Assembly: GCF_006345805.1 (NCBI RefSeq)
Contig: NC_043011.1
Span: forward strand, 13,342,464 to 13,406,463
Length of the DNA stretch: 64,000 nucleotides
Direction of reading: 5' to 3'
From: Octopus sinensis
Taxonomy: Eukaryota
Under the pieces are notes generated by a model. That model made no database searches. It was given only the letters and a program-made list of their open reading frames with translations, and was not told where the DNA came from. Made by a program: the position numbers and the translations under genes. Below are positions 62,696 through 64,000 of this stretch, piece by piece. Each line of letters starts with the position of its first letter. Position 1 is the stretch's first letter.

Positions 62696-63102
62696 AGATC
62701 TTTTCGGTTTGAACGGCAGTTTTTTAAAATAATTTCCACGTAACTAAACACTTTTAAATTTCGTATACTGGTAGAATGTGTTTATAAAACATACTTTTTC
62801 TCTTGGCTTTATTGAGAAGATTCTATAGTTTGTAAGATATTTGTTGTTTTTTTTCTCTTCAATTTCTGCAATTTCAAACAATCAATGACGTCTATTGAGG
62901 TGAAAACATTCTGTGCCGTATGAATATGTCCCTCGTTTAAGAAACATATTGGGTTTATTTACGTTTCTGGAGAAAAAGAGATACCCTTCCCCCAACCCTA
63001 AAACAGATTGAAATGCAATAGATCGATACTAGAGTCATAATTATGGGTGACAATTTCATATGACACCGCTTGAAAAAACTGCCATTCCAACCGAAAAGAT
63101 CC
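62696..63102 (-). mobile_element. Merlin-like non-autonomous DNA transposon
   Basis: TIRs AGATCTTTTCGGTT / AACCGAAAAGATCC; perfect 8-bp TSD CAAGTTAG. Confidence 0.85.
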
Positions 63103-64000
63103 CAAGTTAGTGATCCGAATTCGACTTGTACAAGCAAACTTGCACGATGATGAACATCGCGAATATTTGTTTTCGAGCAATTATTTTACAACTGAATCTA
63201 TTTTGTACCACTTATGGAATGAATGTGACAAATGAACAATATCTATTTTATAGTGGTACTGGTGGCTCAAATAGTACTTGTTCCTCTGGGCATAATTGCT
63301 ATAACTGTTTGAACTTGTGACAGTTTTTAAAGAATACTTATTGCATTTGCCTTTTACATTTCTTGCTATTTCAGATGAATTTCTAAATATTTTAAAATCC
63401 TTTATATTGTGATAATGTCACTTTAGATGTAGATAGTATGCAAATTTCATAAGTAACATTTTGGAAAGTTACCCATTCTTAGAAAAACCTTGAATGCTGT
63501 AAAGTTGTTGCTGAAGACACTGAACAAGAATTTAGCTAATTTTAGCACTGCTAATATCACCACATTCTCTTGCTGTATAACATGCAATAACTATTTTTGA
63601 TTTTTGTAACAAATACAAATACTTTAAAAGACTAATTCGCATATGATTAGACTGTTAAATATAAGAAAGGAATTCTGTTTGCTTGTCATTTTTTTCCCGG
63701 TATTATTTAGCAAAATTCAACTCTGCTTACCTCAGTTTGCTTAATTCAAATAGACATCAGTCTATGAAAAGCTAACCTTTCATAGACTACTGGCTATTAA
63801 TCTTTAGCTAAATGCTTTGGAAAATTTGAAAGGATTAACTCCCCTATAATTATTACCATGCATTATTATTATTAATTGACATTGTGGTAATATAAACTTA
63901 GCTCTTGTTTGTAGTATTTCTCTCTTTTACTAACTACAATAGTATTTTAAATTCAAAAAAATGCTGATGCAATTTGATTTTAAAATTCTAGCATGAGTAA

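Overview
AT-rich, repeat-dense animal genomic DNA. The SINE/LINE complement suggests an octopod cephalopod (inference). The main feature is a + strand, intron-rich gene for cytosolic aconitase / iron-regulatory protein (ACO1/IRP1 type). Eighteen GT-AG exons from 10460 to the TGA at 49964-49966 splice into one open frame of about 753 codons; the N-terminal ~135 codons are missing and presumably lie upstream of the window. The three [4Fe-4S] cysteines and the IRP1-type catalytic residues are intact. The most notable observation is a frame-preserving 93-nt candidate exon at 2024-2116 (ITWYSPNPGGGKTSCGSSG...). It falls exactly where vertebrate IRP2 carries its 73-aa insertion and shares the PNPGGG motif of that insertion. 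The introns and flanks contain a young 5'-truncated RTE-type LINE with a PHD-like finger inside its RT, many copies of that LINE's 3' tail, two tRNA-derived SINE families, Merlin-like, piggyBac-like and Tc1/mariner/pogo-like elements, Helitrons, Penelope-type minimal hammerhead ribozyme motifs and several long fold-back palindromes. I saw no rRNA, true tRNA genes or CRISPR arrays. Repeat boundaries are approximate. Family names and human reference sequences come from recalled motifs, not database searches.
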